Of a DNA stretch of 64,000 nucleotides, positions 44,978-54,592 are shown piece by piece. Made by a program: the position numbers and the translations under genes. The notes below the pieces were generated by a model. It saw nothing but the letters and a program-made list of their open reading frames with translations. It was not told where the DNA came from and ran no database searches. The stretch lies in assembly GCA_964526385.1 (NCBI GenBank), contig CAZGJD010000005.1, positions 38,989 through 102,988 of the forward strand. Reading direction: 5' to 3'. The DNA is from an uncultured Candidatus Poseidoniales archaeon. GTDB taxonomy: Archaea; Thermoplasmatota; Poseidoniia; Poseidoniales; Poseidoniaceae. The number at the start of each line of letters is the position of its first letter. Positions within the stretch are counted from its first letter, which is position 1.

Positions 44978-45439
44978 TCACCTGGATAGGTCGTTTAACA
45001 ACTCGTATCCCTTTTGCATCCATGCATACCCCTCTACAGTCCAGGCAAGGAGTTTGTTGATTGCATCTTCCTTCAAATCTAAATATTCTGCTATTTCTTC
45101 AAGAACTTCTCTTTCATCTTCGTCTACAGTTCCATCAGATGCGGCCATCAAAACAGCATCCCTAAGAGCGAGACGCCCGGCCTCTTCTCCTAAGCCTTCA
45201 AGGCACTCTTCCAAGGAAGGAGGCTTCTTGAGAGCCATTCGAATTTGGTCTCTTTGTTTAGGTGACAATAACGCCGTCCCAAGTCGCTGTTCAAACATCG
45301 ACATTTCCTCAACTGTTAGTTCGTTGTCAACTCTAGTCATGAAAGCAAGTAACTTAGCATATGCGAATCTTTCTGCTTGTGGTAGTTTGTGCACTGTGTC
45401 AGGCAGCATGGAATATGCGTGCAGGTTGTAACCTTTCAA
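44978..45439 (-). CDS. TerB-like domain protein (paralogue 1)
   Basis: LPQAERFAYAKLLAFMTRVDNELTVEEMSMFE and AASDGTVDEDEREVLEEIAE show the same architecture as the downstream gene. Confidence 0.5.
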   Translation of the reverse strand: MKGYNLHAYSMLPDTVHKLPQAERFAYAKLLAFMTRVDNELTVEEMSMFEQRLGTALLSPKQRDQIRMALKKPPSLEECLEGLGEEAGRLALRDAVLMAASDGTVDEDEREVLEEIAEYLDLKEDAINKLLAWTVEGYAWMQKGYELLNDLSR

Positions 45440-45489
45440 TGCCTCGCTAAATCGGCGGTTTCAAATGGTCAAATTATCCCGAATTAACT

Positions 45490-45810
45490 GTGGCCAAGGT
45501 TGAGATTTACACTAATCGCGGATGCCCTGCTTGTGTGAATGCAAAACAGTTTTTAGATAGGAAAGGAATAAAATATTCTGAGAAAAAATTGGGGAAATCA
45601 AAAATTGTAGATACGGAATTTACAATTAGATCAGGGGGGGCAAAATCAGTACCTCAAATTTTCATCGATGAATATCACGTCGGAGGTTTCGATGACTTAT
45701 TGAAACATGAATCTGCGAATGAATTAAACTGGAGGTTGGGATTAGAGCCAAGGCCCAAACTTACTATTTTTCAGAGAGTTATTCGCTTTCTGAAGGGCGA
45801 TCGGTACTGA
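45490..45810 (+). CDS. Glutaredoxin
   Basis: VEIYTNRGCPACVNAKQFL carries the CPxC active site, and VPQIFIDEYHVGGFDDL is also present. The gene uses a GTG start. Confidence 0.8.
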   Translation: MAKVEIYTNRGCPACVNAKQFLDRKGIKYSEKKLGKSKIVDTEFTIRSGGAKSVPQIFIDEYHVGGFDDLLKHESANELNWRLGLEPRPKLTIFQRVIRFLKGDRY

Positions 45811-46237
45811 CATCATTGAATGCTACATATTTCTGTCCGATGTAGTTCAAACCTCCCCAGATTGCGTAATTAGAAATCCAAACAATTCCTACTTGAAATA
45901 CAAGGCCAGCAACCTCGATTTGATTACTTAATGAAAGCGACAAAATTTCTGTTGCTACATAATATGTTGACATAGATCCAACTAAAGTAAAAGCATAGAC
46001 AGACATCGATGCAGGAATTGTCCACTTAATATCTCGTTGAGAATTAAAGGTAAGAATCCTATGTGTCCAATGTGCTATGTAGGAACTCATTATCCACGAG
46101 CCACCCCAAGAAATAGTTGGCCAAATACCGGAATTTGGTAAAACAAAAAAGAATATTTCCCAAAGAATCAGAAAAATTACTGTGTTGACTGTAGCGGTGA
46201 AAAGGTATCTTGGAAAAGAACCCTCATTCCCAATCAT
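45779..46237 (-). CDS. GtrA-like membrane protein
   Basis: A 152-aa protein with 4 TM helices. The N-terminus RYLFTATVNTVIFLILWEIF resembles the GtrA motif (RF..VG..N....). It is the last gene of the sugar-nucleotide operon. Confidence 0.45.
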   Translation of the reverse strand: MIGNEGSFPRYLFTATVNTVIFLILWEIFFFVLPNSGIWPTISWGGSWIMSSYIAHWTHRILTFNSQRDIKWTIPASMSVYAFTLVGSMSTYYVATEILSLSLSNQIEVAGLVFQVGIVWISNYAIWGGLNYIGQKYVAFNDVSTDRPSESE

Positions 46238-47067
46238 TAATCGTCCTCCGTTTCGACATCGGACGGTTTCCCAGTTACTATTTCTCTCAGTCTTGAGTTA
46301 TCATTCTGAATCGCAGTTAACAATTCGTAATCAATATCTAAATCGATTGCCAATTTCTGTAAGGCAAGAGTGTCTTTTGGCAAACATTTCCCCCCGAAAC
46401 CCCTTCTTAATCCCATGATTGGTTCTAGATGTGACTCTCCAATTATTTGGTCTTGGGGAGATGTGATTATCTGCTTTACAGTGTCATAATCCACATTTAA
46501 TTTCTGACAAATATCGTAAATTTGGTTAGCGAAAATAACCTTCATTGCATAGAAATTATTCTTTGTATATTTCACCATTTCAGCTTCTGTCGCCGAGGTA
46601 TGAAAGAATTGACCCGTCTTTAGAACTCCAGCACTTACGTGGTGTTCTTTAACTAGTTCAGCAACATCTTGGTGTGCAGTTCCAACGACTAGTATTTTCT
46701 GATTTTTGAAATCTTCAATCCTGTTTCTTTCAACTAAAAACTCTGGAGAATAAGCAATTTTTAAATTTGGAAATCGTTGTTGCAAATTTTCTGTAGTTCC
46801 TGGTATAACTGTACTTTTGATTACGGCTGTAAATCCTTCAGGTAATTGTTTGAGTACGTCTTCGACAATCGAAGTATCACATCTTCCTGATTCGTCTGAT
46901 GGAGTTGGTACGGCTATGTATGCCATCTCACAATTGCTAGTAACGTCAGTCATCGATGAATTTAGCACTGGGTCATGGACAAAAATTTCGTGAATATGGT
47001 CGAAACACTGCTTTATTGTGCCACCAACAATTCCCATTCCAATAATTCCAATTTTCATTTTGTCCAC
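46237..47067 (-). CDS. UDP-glucose/GDP-mannose dehydrogenase-family protein, short form lacking the C-terminal UDP-binding domain
   Basis: MKIGIIGMGIVGG is the Rossmann motif. AVPTP, STVIPGTT and PEFLVE are present, and the catalytic Cys motif is GFGGKCLPKD. The protein ends about 25 aa after this motif, at 276 aa. Confidence 0.65.
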   Translation of the reverse strand: MDKMKIGIIGMGIVGGTIKQCFDHIHEIFVHDPVLNSSMTDVTSNCEMAYIAVPTPSDESGRCDTSIVEDVLKQLPEGFTAVIKSTVIPGTTENLQQRFPNLKIAYSPEFLVERNRIEDFKNQKILVVGTAHQDVAELVKEHHVSAGVLKTGQFFHTSATEAEMVKYTKNNFYAMKVIFANQIYDICQKLNVDYDTVKQIITSPQDQIIGESHLEPIMGLRRGFGGKCLPKDTLALQKLAIDLDIDYELLTAIQNDNSRLREIVTGKPSDVETEDD

Positions 47068-47751
47068 CTAAAAGATTCCCTGGCTAACCAATTTTTCTGC
47101 AATCCGTAAATTTTCAGGAGTCCCACAATCTAACCAACTATTTTCACCTATTGAGGCGAATTTTGCACTTTTTTCCGAAACATATTGTCTTGTTACTTGT
47201 GAAATTGAAAAATCAACATTTTTTGATACAGAATCAAATTTATCCCAAAAGGTTTCATCAAACAGGTATATCCCTCCTATCGCGATATTAGTTTGAGGAT
47301 TGCTTGGCTTTTCTTCAATGTCTACGACCACATTATCTTTGATAGTTACAATACCAAAATCGCTAGGCTTCTCAACTTCTCTAGTCAGAAATAAAGCACC
47401 TTTTTTGAAATTTTCAACCTCCTTTACTAAGTCAATATTTGTTAAATTATCAGCAAACCAAAGCAGAATCGAACAATTTTCATTCCCATCTCTAGCTAAT
47501 TGAATCGCATTTGCAACTCCATCCGGCCTTTCTTCTCGTACAAATTTCGCTTTGTCTCCAACGTGACTCCTTATGTCGTCAATAAACTGGTTTGCTACAA
47601 TAGTTAATTCTGTTATTCCAGTTTCCCTTATCGAATTCAGAATGTAATCGATTATTGGCTTTCCACAAATTTCAACCATAGTCTTGTTTTTATTTTCCGT
47701 TAAAGGCAATAATCTGCTACCGTGACCACCGGCTAAGATTATTGCTTTCAT
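47068..47751 (-). CDS. Sugar-1-phosphate nucleotidylyltransferase (RfbA/GlmU-N-like)
   Basis: The G-loop reads MKAIILAGGHGSRLLPLTENKNKTMVEICGKPIIDY. Confidence 0.75.
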   Translation of the reverse strand: MKAIILAGGHGSRLLPLTENKNKTMVEICGKPIIDYILNSIRETGITELTIVANQFIDDIRSHVGDKAKFVREERPDGVANAIQLARDGNENCSILLWFADNLTNIDLVKEVENFKKGALFLTREVEKPSDFGIVTIKDNVVVDIEEKPSNPQTNIAIGGIYLFDETFWDKFDSVSKNVDFSISQVTRQYVSEKSAKFASIGENSWLDCGTPENLRIAEKLVSQGIF

Positions 47752-47781
47752 GACGGGGGCTCACTTCATTAGTATATGGAG

Positions 47782-48453
47782 TCAATGGGGTTCTTCATCC
47801 TTCTTTGTGGTTTTTTCGAATATGCCTTCTTCAGCATTTTTCTCAAAGTAATCGGTTCGCACTAAATCACCAAGCCTTTCAACTCCGTACTCAATCAGGT
47901 CTTCGTCTTCTGCTTCGCTTTTCTCCCAACGCTTTTGCGCATACACAGCGTAGTCCAAATTTGCTTCTTCGACCATTTTCTCGGTCATGGTAAGATCATC
48001 TTCCATACCATGATATTTCTGCCCTTCAACGATGGCGTCTCTTCTTTGTGGCTCTTTACCCATCTCATAGTCGGTTTTCCCCCAATCCGGGCCCGAAGGG
48101 TCCTCACCACGTGTTCGAATCGGATTTATTTCCTCCATGTCTGTAGCAATCCATTCAGATAAATGCTGTATATATGCCTCGAATCTTTCTTGTGTATCGT
48201 CAATATCAAGTAAATGAGTCATGTCATATTTTTGGGCAAAATCATCTTCTGATTTTCTAAAGAAAACCGCCATGAAAATATTGACAAGCCCTGCAAAGAA
48301 AATTAAAGAATGGTCATCGATGGATAGAATTTCATCTTGTCTTAACGCCAGAACTGCTCCAACAAAACATAGAACGCCCCCAAAAAGTATCCAAAATGGT
48401 GTAAAAAATCTGTACCTCTTTAATTGGTTTAATTCTTTAATTGAAGCGTGCAC
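47782..48453 (-). CDS. Hypothetical membrane protein (2 TM) with an acidic C-terminal domain
   Basis: A coding-like ORF. The antisense ORF at 48221..48832 is Ser-rich and was rejected. Confidence 0.45.
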   Translation of the reverse strand: MHASIKELNQLKRYRFFTPFWILFGGVLCFVGAVLALRQDEILSIDDHSLIFFAGLVNIFMAVFFRKSEDDFAQKYDMTHLLDIDDTQERFEAYIQHLSEWIATDMEEINPIRTRGEDPSGPDWGKTDYEMGKEPQRRDAIVEGQKYHGMEDDLTMTEKMVEEANLDYAVYAQKRWEKSEAEDEDLIEYGVERLGDLVRTDYFEKNAEEGIFEKTTKKDEEPH

Positions 48454-48462
48454 AGTATCACA

Positions 48463-49038
48463 TCAACCTAGTAGGGATATTATATCGTCACTCATGCTAG
48501 GTGTTGAATTATTCTCTTGTGTGAGTACTGAATCCTTCATATTGATATTCTGCCGGGGGGATAGAGCTAATTTCTCTAATACTGCAGATAGTACTTCCTG
48601 GACCCTTGCGGTTTGCTCACCTTGTGATATGATCATCCTTTCAAGAGATTCAAGGGTTTCAACCGACCTATTTGAGGAAAGGTCAATCGCCTTCTTTTGT
48701 GCTTTTACAGCTTCTTCCTGTCTGGCAAGTAATTCCCTTGCCGCAGGGCTTCCAATAGCGTCTCTGCGATGCAATTCGTCTAATGCATCACGTAGTTCAG
48801 AAGTTGTATTGTCAAGGGCTCTCTTCATGTGAGTTAATTCACCGATTGCGATGTTTAACTCATTTTGTAAATGTGAAGCTTTATGCTTCAGGGATGCTCT
48901 AGCGCTTGATTGGATAGTTGATTCAGTCAGGAAAGCGAAAAAAAATCCCATTGCAATTGAAAATTCTCTTTGGAAACCAATTGACATCATAATTATCCAT
49001 GTTGATACGCCTACGATTGCGGACCTTCCTATTGCCAT
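48463..49038 (-). CDS. Hypothetical membrane protein with a coiled-coil C-terminus
   Basis: Two N-terminal TM helices are followed by heptad-like helical sequence. A TATA-like element (taatataag on the minus strand, plus-strand coordinates 49062-49070) lies about 30 nt upstream. Confidence 0.45.
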   Translation of the reverse strand: MAIGRSAIVGVSTWIIMMSIGFQREFSIAMGFFFAFLTESTIQSSARASLKHKASHLQNELNIAIGELTHMKRALDNTTSELRDALDELHRRDAIGSPAARELLARQEEAVKAQKKAIDLSSNRSVETLESLERMIISQGEQTARVQEVLSAVLEKLALSPRQNINMKDSVLTQENNSTPSMSDDIISLLG

Positions 49039-49154
49039 CTACTTTGATATTGGTTGATGGACTTATATTACACACGGGGAGGGATGCCACGGGTTCCCTC
49101 TCTAAACCCGGTGATACCAACGCTACCCATCCGAATGCTCCCGTTCGCAAGTGG

Positions 49155-49769
49155 TCATTCATCTGGGATAAAACAATCATCGTCAATCTCGTGTAACTGA
49201 CCTGAAATCAAAAGGTGGTCAATAGCTTCATCACACTCTTCAATGCTGACGCCATTGTCAATCAATGGTTCATAAATCTCTGATAAGTCAACCCAGTTTG
49301 CGCCTTTGCCGATTTTCTCTTGAACAATAATTAGCACCATTTGAGCCGTTACTGCAAGCAGAGGGTCATCACACTCATCGTTTGGAAATAAGTTTGTAAA
49401 TGCACCAGCAGGGTGAGGCTCTTCATAATTTGAATCGTCTATTCTTTCGCTAATGTGTTTGAAAGGAGCAGGTATGTCAAAACAGTCGAATAGATTGGTT
49501 TGCCCTTTTGGGATTTCCCTAATATCTAACGGGTTCATGCTATTTGAGATATGTTCAAGGCGATACAACCTTTGCTCAAGCTGTATTTTTTCTCTCTCAA
49601 TATCAGACTTAATCAATTCTAAGTCCTCTTTTGCCTTTTCTTCCAACCACTCGAGAATACTAAATTTAGGGTCTATCGATAACATCGTATCTATTAGAGT
49701 TTGAACACTAGATGGCATTTTCTCGATCTCGACATTATTTTCACGATTGTCGTTAAACTCATCTGCCAT
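49155..49769 (-). CDS. Hypothetical acidic protein with a possible C-terminal winged-helix
   Basis: A coding-like ORF with a coiled-coil N-terminal half. No motif recognised. Confidence 0.4.
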   Translation of the reverse strand: MADEFNDNRENNVEIEKMPSSVQTLIDTMLSIDPKFSILEWLEEKAKEDLELIKSDIEREKIQLEQRLYRLEHISNSMNPLDIREIPKGQTNLFDCFDIPAPFKHISERIDDSNYEEPHPAGAFTNLFPNDECDDPLLAVTAQMVLIIVQEKIGKGANWVDLSEIYEPLIDNGVSIEECDEAIDHLLISGQLHEIDDDCFIPDE

Positions 49770-49954
49770 GCTAATACTCCTAGTTTTGGCACTCCATAAA
49801 GGTACACACGGTTATTGTACGTACATTTCATTTGGAATAAAAGCCAACTGCTATGATAATTTGAAAATATCAAGCTCCACTGGACAAAGCCCCCAACTGT
49901 TAGCGAAATTTCTCAAGGGGCGGATTCATTTAGGGGGGACTCTTCGATTGCCGT

Positions 49955-51139
49955 ATGAGCGACCACCGCATCGCAATTCTGCCTGGCGACGGAACTGGGA
50001 GAGAAGTAGCCGTCGAGGCGATGCGGATACTCGAAACAATCGAATCCAATACAAATTATGGCTTCGAGAAGGTAGTTATTCCCTGTGGAGGACAACATTA
50101 CCAAGAGACAGGAGAAGAATGGGCTGAAGGCTCATTTGAATTCTGTAGGGATGAAGCTGATGCAATTTTCCTAGGCGCAATAGGCCAGCCTGGTGCAAGG
50201 CTTCCAAATGGCGACCTTGCAGGAGGTTCAGTAATACTCGGGATGAGAGCAGGACTAGACCTCTATGCTAATGTTCGTCCGATCAAACTTTACGAAGGAG
50301 TTCCTCACAAAGTTCATGGTAAATTTACTCAGATTTGGGAGCCAGGAATGGTTGATATGACCATTCTCAGAGAAAATACCGAAGGCCTCTATCATTCACT
50401 TCTGAGAAGAAGTGCTGATAGAGCAATGGGAAGAGAAGAATATGTTCCTCCAGAGATGGATTTTCCCGGGCTTGAAGGAGAGGTTGCATACGACCCAAGA
50501 CCTATTTCTGCAAATGGTACAGAACGCCTAGTAAAAATGGGCTTCGATATCGCCATGAATCGTGATGGTGCGCCAATCGATGGGGTCAGCAGAGTATCTT
50601 GTATCGACAAGAGCAATGTTACAAGAGGTTGCCAGTTATTCCGTAGAGTATTCGATGAGGTAGGGCAAAACTACCCATCAATCGAGAAAGATTACGGATA
50701 CATCGATGCATTTATGCAGTGGCTCACAAGGTCTCCTGAGCACTATGATGTAGTAGTTTCATCCAATATGTTTGGAGATATCTCAACGGACTTAGGAGCA
50801 GTCCTTCAAGGTGGAATGGGAATGGCCGCTTCAGGGAATATCGGAGATAATCACGCATTCTTTGAACCAGTTCACGGCAGTGCTCCAAAACACGCAGGAC
50901 TAAACAAAGTAAATCCAATTGCAAGTATCAATTCAATTCAGATGATGATGGATTGGCTTGGTCGTAAAAACGACGACAATGGGCTTATTGAGATCGCAAA
51001 TTCAATCGATAAGTGCGTCGCTGACCATCTTAGAGATGGGAAAAATCTGACTTACGACCTAGGGGGAACTGCTTCATGCAGTCAAGTTGGCGAATCGATA
51101 GCCAAACTTTTGAATACAGAATTATCTGAAAATCACTGA
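49955..51139 (+). CDS. 3-isopropylmalate / tartrate / isocitrate dehydrogenase-family oxidative decarboxylase
   Basis: Matching blocks are IAILPGDGTGREV, RENTEGLY, NMFGDISTDLGAVLQGGMGMAASGNIG and FEPVHGSAPKHAG. Confidence 0.8.
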   Translation: MSDHRIAILPGDGTGREVAVEAMRILETIESNTNYGFEKVVIPCGGQHYQETGEEWAEGSFEFCRDEADAIFLGAIGQPGARLPNGDLAGGSVILGMRAGLDLYANVRPIKLYEGVPHKVHGKFTQIWEPGMVDMTILRENTEGLYHSLLRRSADRAMGREEYVPPEMDFPGLEGEVAYDPRPISANGTERLVKMGFDIAMNRDGAPIDGVSRVSCIDKSNVTRGCQLFRRVFDEVGQNYPSIEKDYGYIDAFMQWLTRSPEHYDVVVSSNMFGDISTDLGAVLQGGMGMAASGNIGDNHAFFEPVHGSAPKHAGLNKVNPIASINSIQMMMDWLGRKNDDNGLIEIANSIDKCVADHLRDGKNLTYDLGGTASCSQVGESIAKLLNTELSENH

Positions 51140-51885
51140 TTATAGTGATTTGACATAGTTCCAACGATGTGGTTTAGAGCATCCTGTAAAGCTTTTTCAT
51201 TGTCCCATTGTGTTTTAGTTGGGCGTTCAGCAATAAATTTGATGAGATTTTTTGCGACTCTTGTCACTTCATCAACAGCGGTCACGGAAGCGAATTTAGC
51301 GGACCTAGATAGTGGATTTAGGTCGACAACAAGAACATCCTTGCCCATTGCCTTCAGGGCTTGACACCTGTCACCATCTTCTAAGGGAACTAATACAACA
51401 TCTGCATTGAATATTCCATCTTGATGACAAGCCCCACGAGGGCCATCCAGGTTCGGAATTCTTGCATCAGGCATTCCTCCTAAGATTTCAACGTCTAATC
51501 CGAGGTTTTGCTTTGTTAATTTCAAATTAGCAATTAAAGCGCCCATCCTTTCAGGGGTTCTGTAAAAAATATTGATTTCAATTGGGCAGCCTAATTGACT
51601 GGCTATTTTTAAGAACTCAGGGCCTGCTAAAGCGATGGAGTTTCCGTTCAATGATAATACAGGCTTTTGTGCCGTAACCAATCTAGCAGCTATTTCTCTA
51701 GTAGCGTCCATTGCAGAGGGTATAGTCTGCTCACCGAGAAGGTAATCGAAAGCCTCTCCACGACCGTGAGCAATCATTGCCGATTCTGCAAGCATGCCTT
51801 TTTGTCCAGCATTTGAGATTTTCTTCCTCATCATAAGAGAATTGTATCGTGGGTGACTCTCATCGACATCTTCATCCATATCCAC
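51133..51885 (-). CDS. 4-phosphopantoate--beta-alanine ligase (archaeal phosphopantothenate synthetase, COG1701-like)
   Basis: HPRYNSLMMRKKI....IAHGRGEAFDYLLGE matches the archaeal PPS motif as I recall it. The size is typical, about 250 aa. Confidence 0.6.
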   Translation of the reverse strand: MDMDEDVDESHPRYNSLMMRKKISNAGQKGMLAESAMIAHGRGEAFDYLLGEQTIPSAMDATREIAARLVTAQKPVLSLNGNSIALAGPEFLKIASQLGCPIEINIFYRTPERMGALIANLKLTKQNLGLDVEILGGMPDARIPNLDGPRGACHQDGIFNADVVLVPLEDGDRCQALKAMGKDVLVVDLNPLSRSAKFASVTAVDEVTRVAKNLIKFIAERPTKTQWDNEKALQDALNHIVGTMSNHYNQ

Positions 51886-51890
51886 GCCAC

Positions 51891-52835
51891 CTAAATTTCA
51901 TTCATAATCATTGTCAAATCAAGTGGAGTTGTACCCCTGTTGATTGTGCTAGTCGAAAGGACGTCTAAACCGCATTCTCGCCAGTCTTCGAGGTCGCCCA
52001 AAACTATTCCTCCGCTCGCTTCTAAGAATACGTGTTCTCTCAGCCCCATTTCAGTCAATTCATCGGCAACAGATTTACATTTTTCAGGACTGAAGTTGTC
52101 TAGCATTATTACAATTCTATCCAAACCGTCAACCATTCGTCTCTCCGACCAAGAGAAAGCCGCCATTATTGCTTCTTTTTCTTCTCTAACTTCAATTTCA
52201 AGGAATGCTCCAACCTCGGTAAAATCTACCTCCTTGAGGAACATGGAGATGCGTGCGGCGTTGTTATCTAAATCAGGATACATTACTGCTAGGTCATTTT
52301 CTTTAACCATACGGGCATCGCTCCTCGAAAGTCTGTGCGTAAGTCCGCCTCCAAGATGAACCGCCCATTTGTCGAGTAAGCCCCATACGGTTTTTCTCGT
52401 ACAAGCGATTTGTCCGGGCGCTTTCGACGACCATTTTTTAGATTCAGTAGCAATTCCAGAGAGTTGTCCCAAGATATTGAGCATGGTTCTTTCGAGTGCC
52501 AAAACTGCTTCTTTATCTCCAGAAATAGATGCGATCTCATCACCTTTAACGACACTTCTACCTTCGCCATGCGACCAGGAAATCTGTAGACTACCTGCCC
52601 AAATCTGAATCATATGCTCCACCATAGAACAACCAGCTAATATGCCGTCACTCTTGGCAATAATCTTCGCTGTGACAGGATTTTGACTTCCCATAAAGGG
52701 CAAATCAATACCATCGTCTGCAAGAAGAGAAGTAGACCACCTATCAAAACTTGAGATGAGCATTCGAGTAGGTCCGGTCGAAGCATCCCACAATTTCGCG
52801 CCCCTATCATGAGGTGGTGGTGGATTGCCTGCCAT
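51891..52835 (-). CDS. nadC: Nicotinate-nucleotide (quinolinate) phosphoribosyltransferase
   Basis: TRKTVWGLLDKWAVHLGGGLTHRLSRSDARMVKENDL matches the NadC core (TRKT.PG.R...KYAV..GGG..HR..L.D..LIK.NH). The C-terminal motif SGGI is also present. Confidence 0.75.
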   Translation of the reverse strand: MAGNPPPPHDRGAKLWDASTGPTRMLISSFDRWSTSLLADDGIDLPFMGSQNPVTAKIIAKSDGILAGCSMVEHMIQIWAGSLQISWSHGEGRSVVKGDEIASISGDKEAVLALERTMLNILGQLSGIATESKKWSSKAPGQIACTRKTVWGLLDKWAVHLGGGLTHRLSRSDARMVKENDLAVMYPDLDNNAARISMFLKEVDFTEVGAFLEIEVREEKEAIMAAFSWSERRMVDGLDRIVIMLDNFSPEKCKSVADELTEMGLREHVFLEASGGIVLGDLEDWRECGLDVLSTSTINRGTTPLDLTMIMNEI

Positions 52836-52889
52836 GATTTATGCAAATCCTACGAGGACTTCATGGTTGTGGACTTTTTGGACTATAAC

Positions 52890-53807
52890 ATGAAGCGGGT
52901 TCTGGTCGTTGGTGCTGGAATCAAAGGCTTAGTAACGGCGATTAGAGAACACCTTGCAGGCAATCAGGTATTTGTTCTAGAAAAACGGAAACGTATTGGC
53001 GGTAGGGGGACTAGTCAAGAATCCCAAGGATATCAGTTAGAACACGGGCCTCATCTTCTTCACAAAGGAGGAGAGTTCCATACACTTTTGAAAAAAATAA
53101 GCAAAGTAAAACCATCACTGAGACCAATTCGACCTAGCAAAGTAATGGTTGTAGGCCACGGTGTTTTATATCCTGCAAATAATCCTAAGGAGTTACTCAA
53201 CCTGAAAATGGGGAATGACCCGATTAGAGATAGTGCTCTGAAACTAATTTCTGGCTGGGGTGCAGATTTACCAGATAGGAGAAAAGCACTCCTAAATGGT
53301 GATTTGTGCGTAGTTGGTGAAGGCTGGTCAGGCTTGGTGGGGCGACTCGCAGCAGCCCTTGAAGAAGTTGGAGTCCCCGTCCAATCAGGTAAAACTGTAG
53401 TGGACGTGGTCGAGCGCGGAGCGATACTATCTGACGGCATGCAAATCGAAGCCGACGAAATTAGAATGTGTGTCGGTAAATCCGAACTTGCACAAACCTA
53501 CGTATCTACTCTCGACCTTATTTTGGATAGTAAACCCATGAAAGGATTGCACGGTTACGTGAAGGGTAATGTCGCAATACTGAATATCTCAGAAATCCAC
53601 AAATTGAGAGGCAAAGACGTAACGCACCTATCATGCATAAATCTAAACTGTAATCTTGATGAAATCGAGGAACTTCTAGATGAGAGATTATCTGGATGGC
53701 GTTCCAACATAATTACAAAGTTAGAAAATAAAAAGATTCCAATTTATGATGAAAGTCAAAAATTATCTGATGGCACCATATCAAAAACCGCCGGTAATTC
53801 CCAATGA
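52890..53807 (+). CDS. NAD(P)/FAD-binding oxidoreductase (amine oxidase/phytoene desaturase-like, short)
   Basis: Starting at the ATG at 52890 gives MKRVLVVGAGIKGLVTA....VFVLEKRKRIGGR, the dinucleotide-binding beta-alpha-beta fold with the GG motif. Confidence 0.6.
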   Translation: MKRVLVVGAGIKGLVTAIREHLAGNQVFVLEKRKRIGGRGTSQESQGYQLEHGPHLLHKGGEFHTLLKKISKVKPSLRPIRPSKVMVVGHGVLYPANNPKELLNLKMGNDPIRDSALKLISGWGADLPDRRKALLNGDLCVVGEGWSGLVGRLAAALEEVGVPVQSGKTVVDVVERGAILSDGMQIEADEIRMCVGKSELAQTYVSTLDLILDSKPMKGLHGYVKGNVAILNISEIHKLRGKDVTHLSCINLNCNLDEIEELLDERLSGWRSNIITKLENKKIPIYDESQKLSDGTISKTAGNSQ

Positions 53808-54592
53808 TGATGCGAATAGTTTCTTGGAACGTCAATGGAATCCGAGCTGCGATTAGAAAGGGTCTTGACAAATTCATTTCATCTATTGATGCAGATGTTT
53901 GGATGCTACAAGAAGTGCGTTGCTTGGAAGAGCAATTGCCAAAGGATTGGTCAATTCCTGAAGGTTTTGAAATGATCCTTCACCCCGCCAAAAAGAAGGG
54001 TTACTCTGGAGTTTCAACAATTTCTAGAATCCAAATGAAAGAGATTGGCAGAGGCATCGAAGGCATTGTTGACCCGGGAGATTCCGAAGGGCGCGTTTTG
54101 GTTACAAAGCATGGAAATGTGACCTTAATCAATACATATTTACCAAGTGGTTCATCAAAAGAAGAGCGCCAATCATACAAGGAAAATTGGATGGAGGAAT
54201 GGCGAGGAACAATCAGACAGTACCTTAACAGTAGCAACCCAGTAATAGTTGCAGGTGATTTGAACATAGCTCACACAGAGCAAGATATTTGGAATCCAAA
54301 AGGGAACCAGAAAACAAGCGGTTTTCTTCCACATGAAAGAGAATGGTTTAGCCAATTATTGTCTGATGGATGGCATGATTTATTCCGAGAACATGTAGGT
54401 CCAGAACAAAAAATATTCTCTTGGTGGTCAAATCGTGGACAAGCCAGAGCAAAAGATAGAGGTTGGAGAATAGACTACTTTTTAGGGAACTCTGCAGCAA
54501 AAAATGTTGTAAAATCGGTTGAAATTATCAGGCAAGGTGGGCTGGAAGTAAGCGACCATGCGCCAGTTGTATTGGACATTCATTCATCTTGA
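53804..54592 (+). CDS. xth: Exodeoxyribonuclease III (AP endonuclease)
   Basis: Matching blocks are RIVSWNVNGIRA, MLQEV, GDLNIAH, WRIDYF and SDHAPV. The start overlaps the upstream stop as ATGA. Confidence 0.85.
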   Translation: MMMRIVSWNVNGIRAAIRKGLDKFISSIDADVWMLQEVRCLEEQLPKDWSIPEGFEMILHPAKKKGYSGVSTISRIQMKEIGRGIEGIVDPGDSEGRVLVTKHGNVTLINTYLPSGSSKEERQSYKENWMEEWRGTIRQYLNSSNPVIVAGDLNIAHTEQDIWNPKGNQKTSGFLPHEREWFSQLLSDGWHDLFREHVGPEQKIFSWWSNRGQARAKDRGWRIDYFLGNSAAKNVVKSVEIIRQGGLEVSDHAPVVLDIHSS

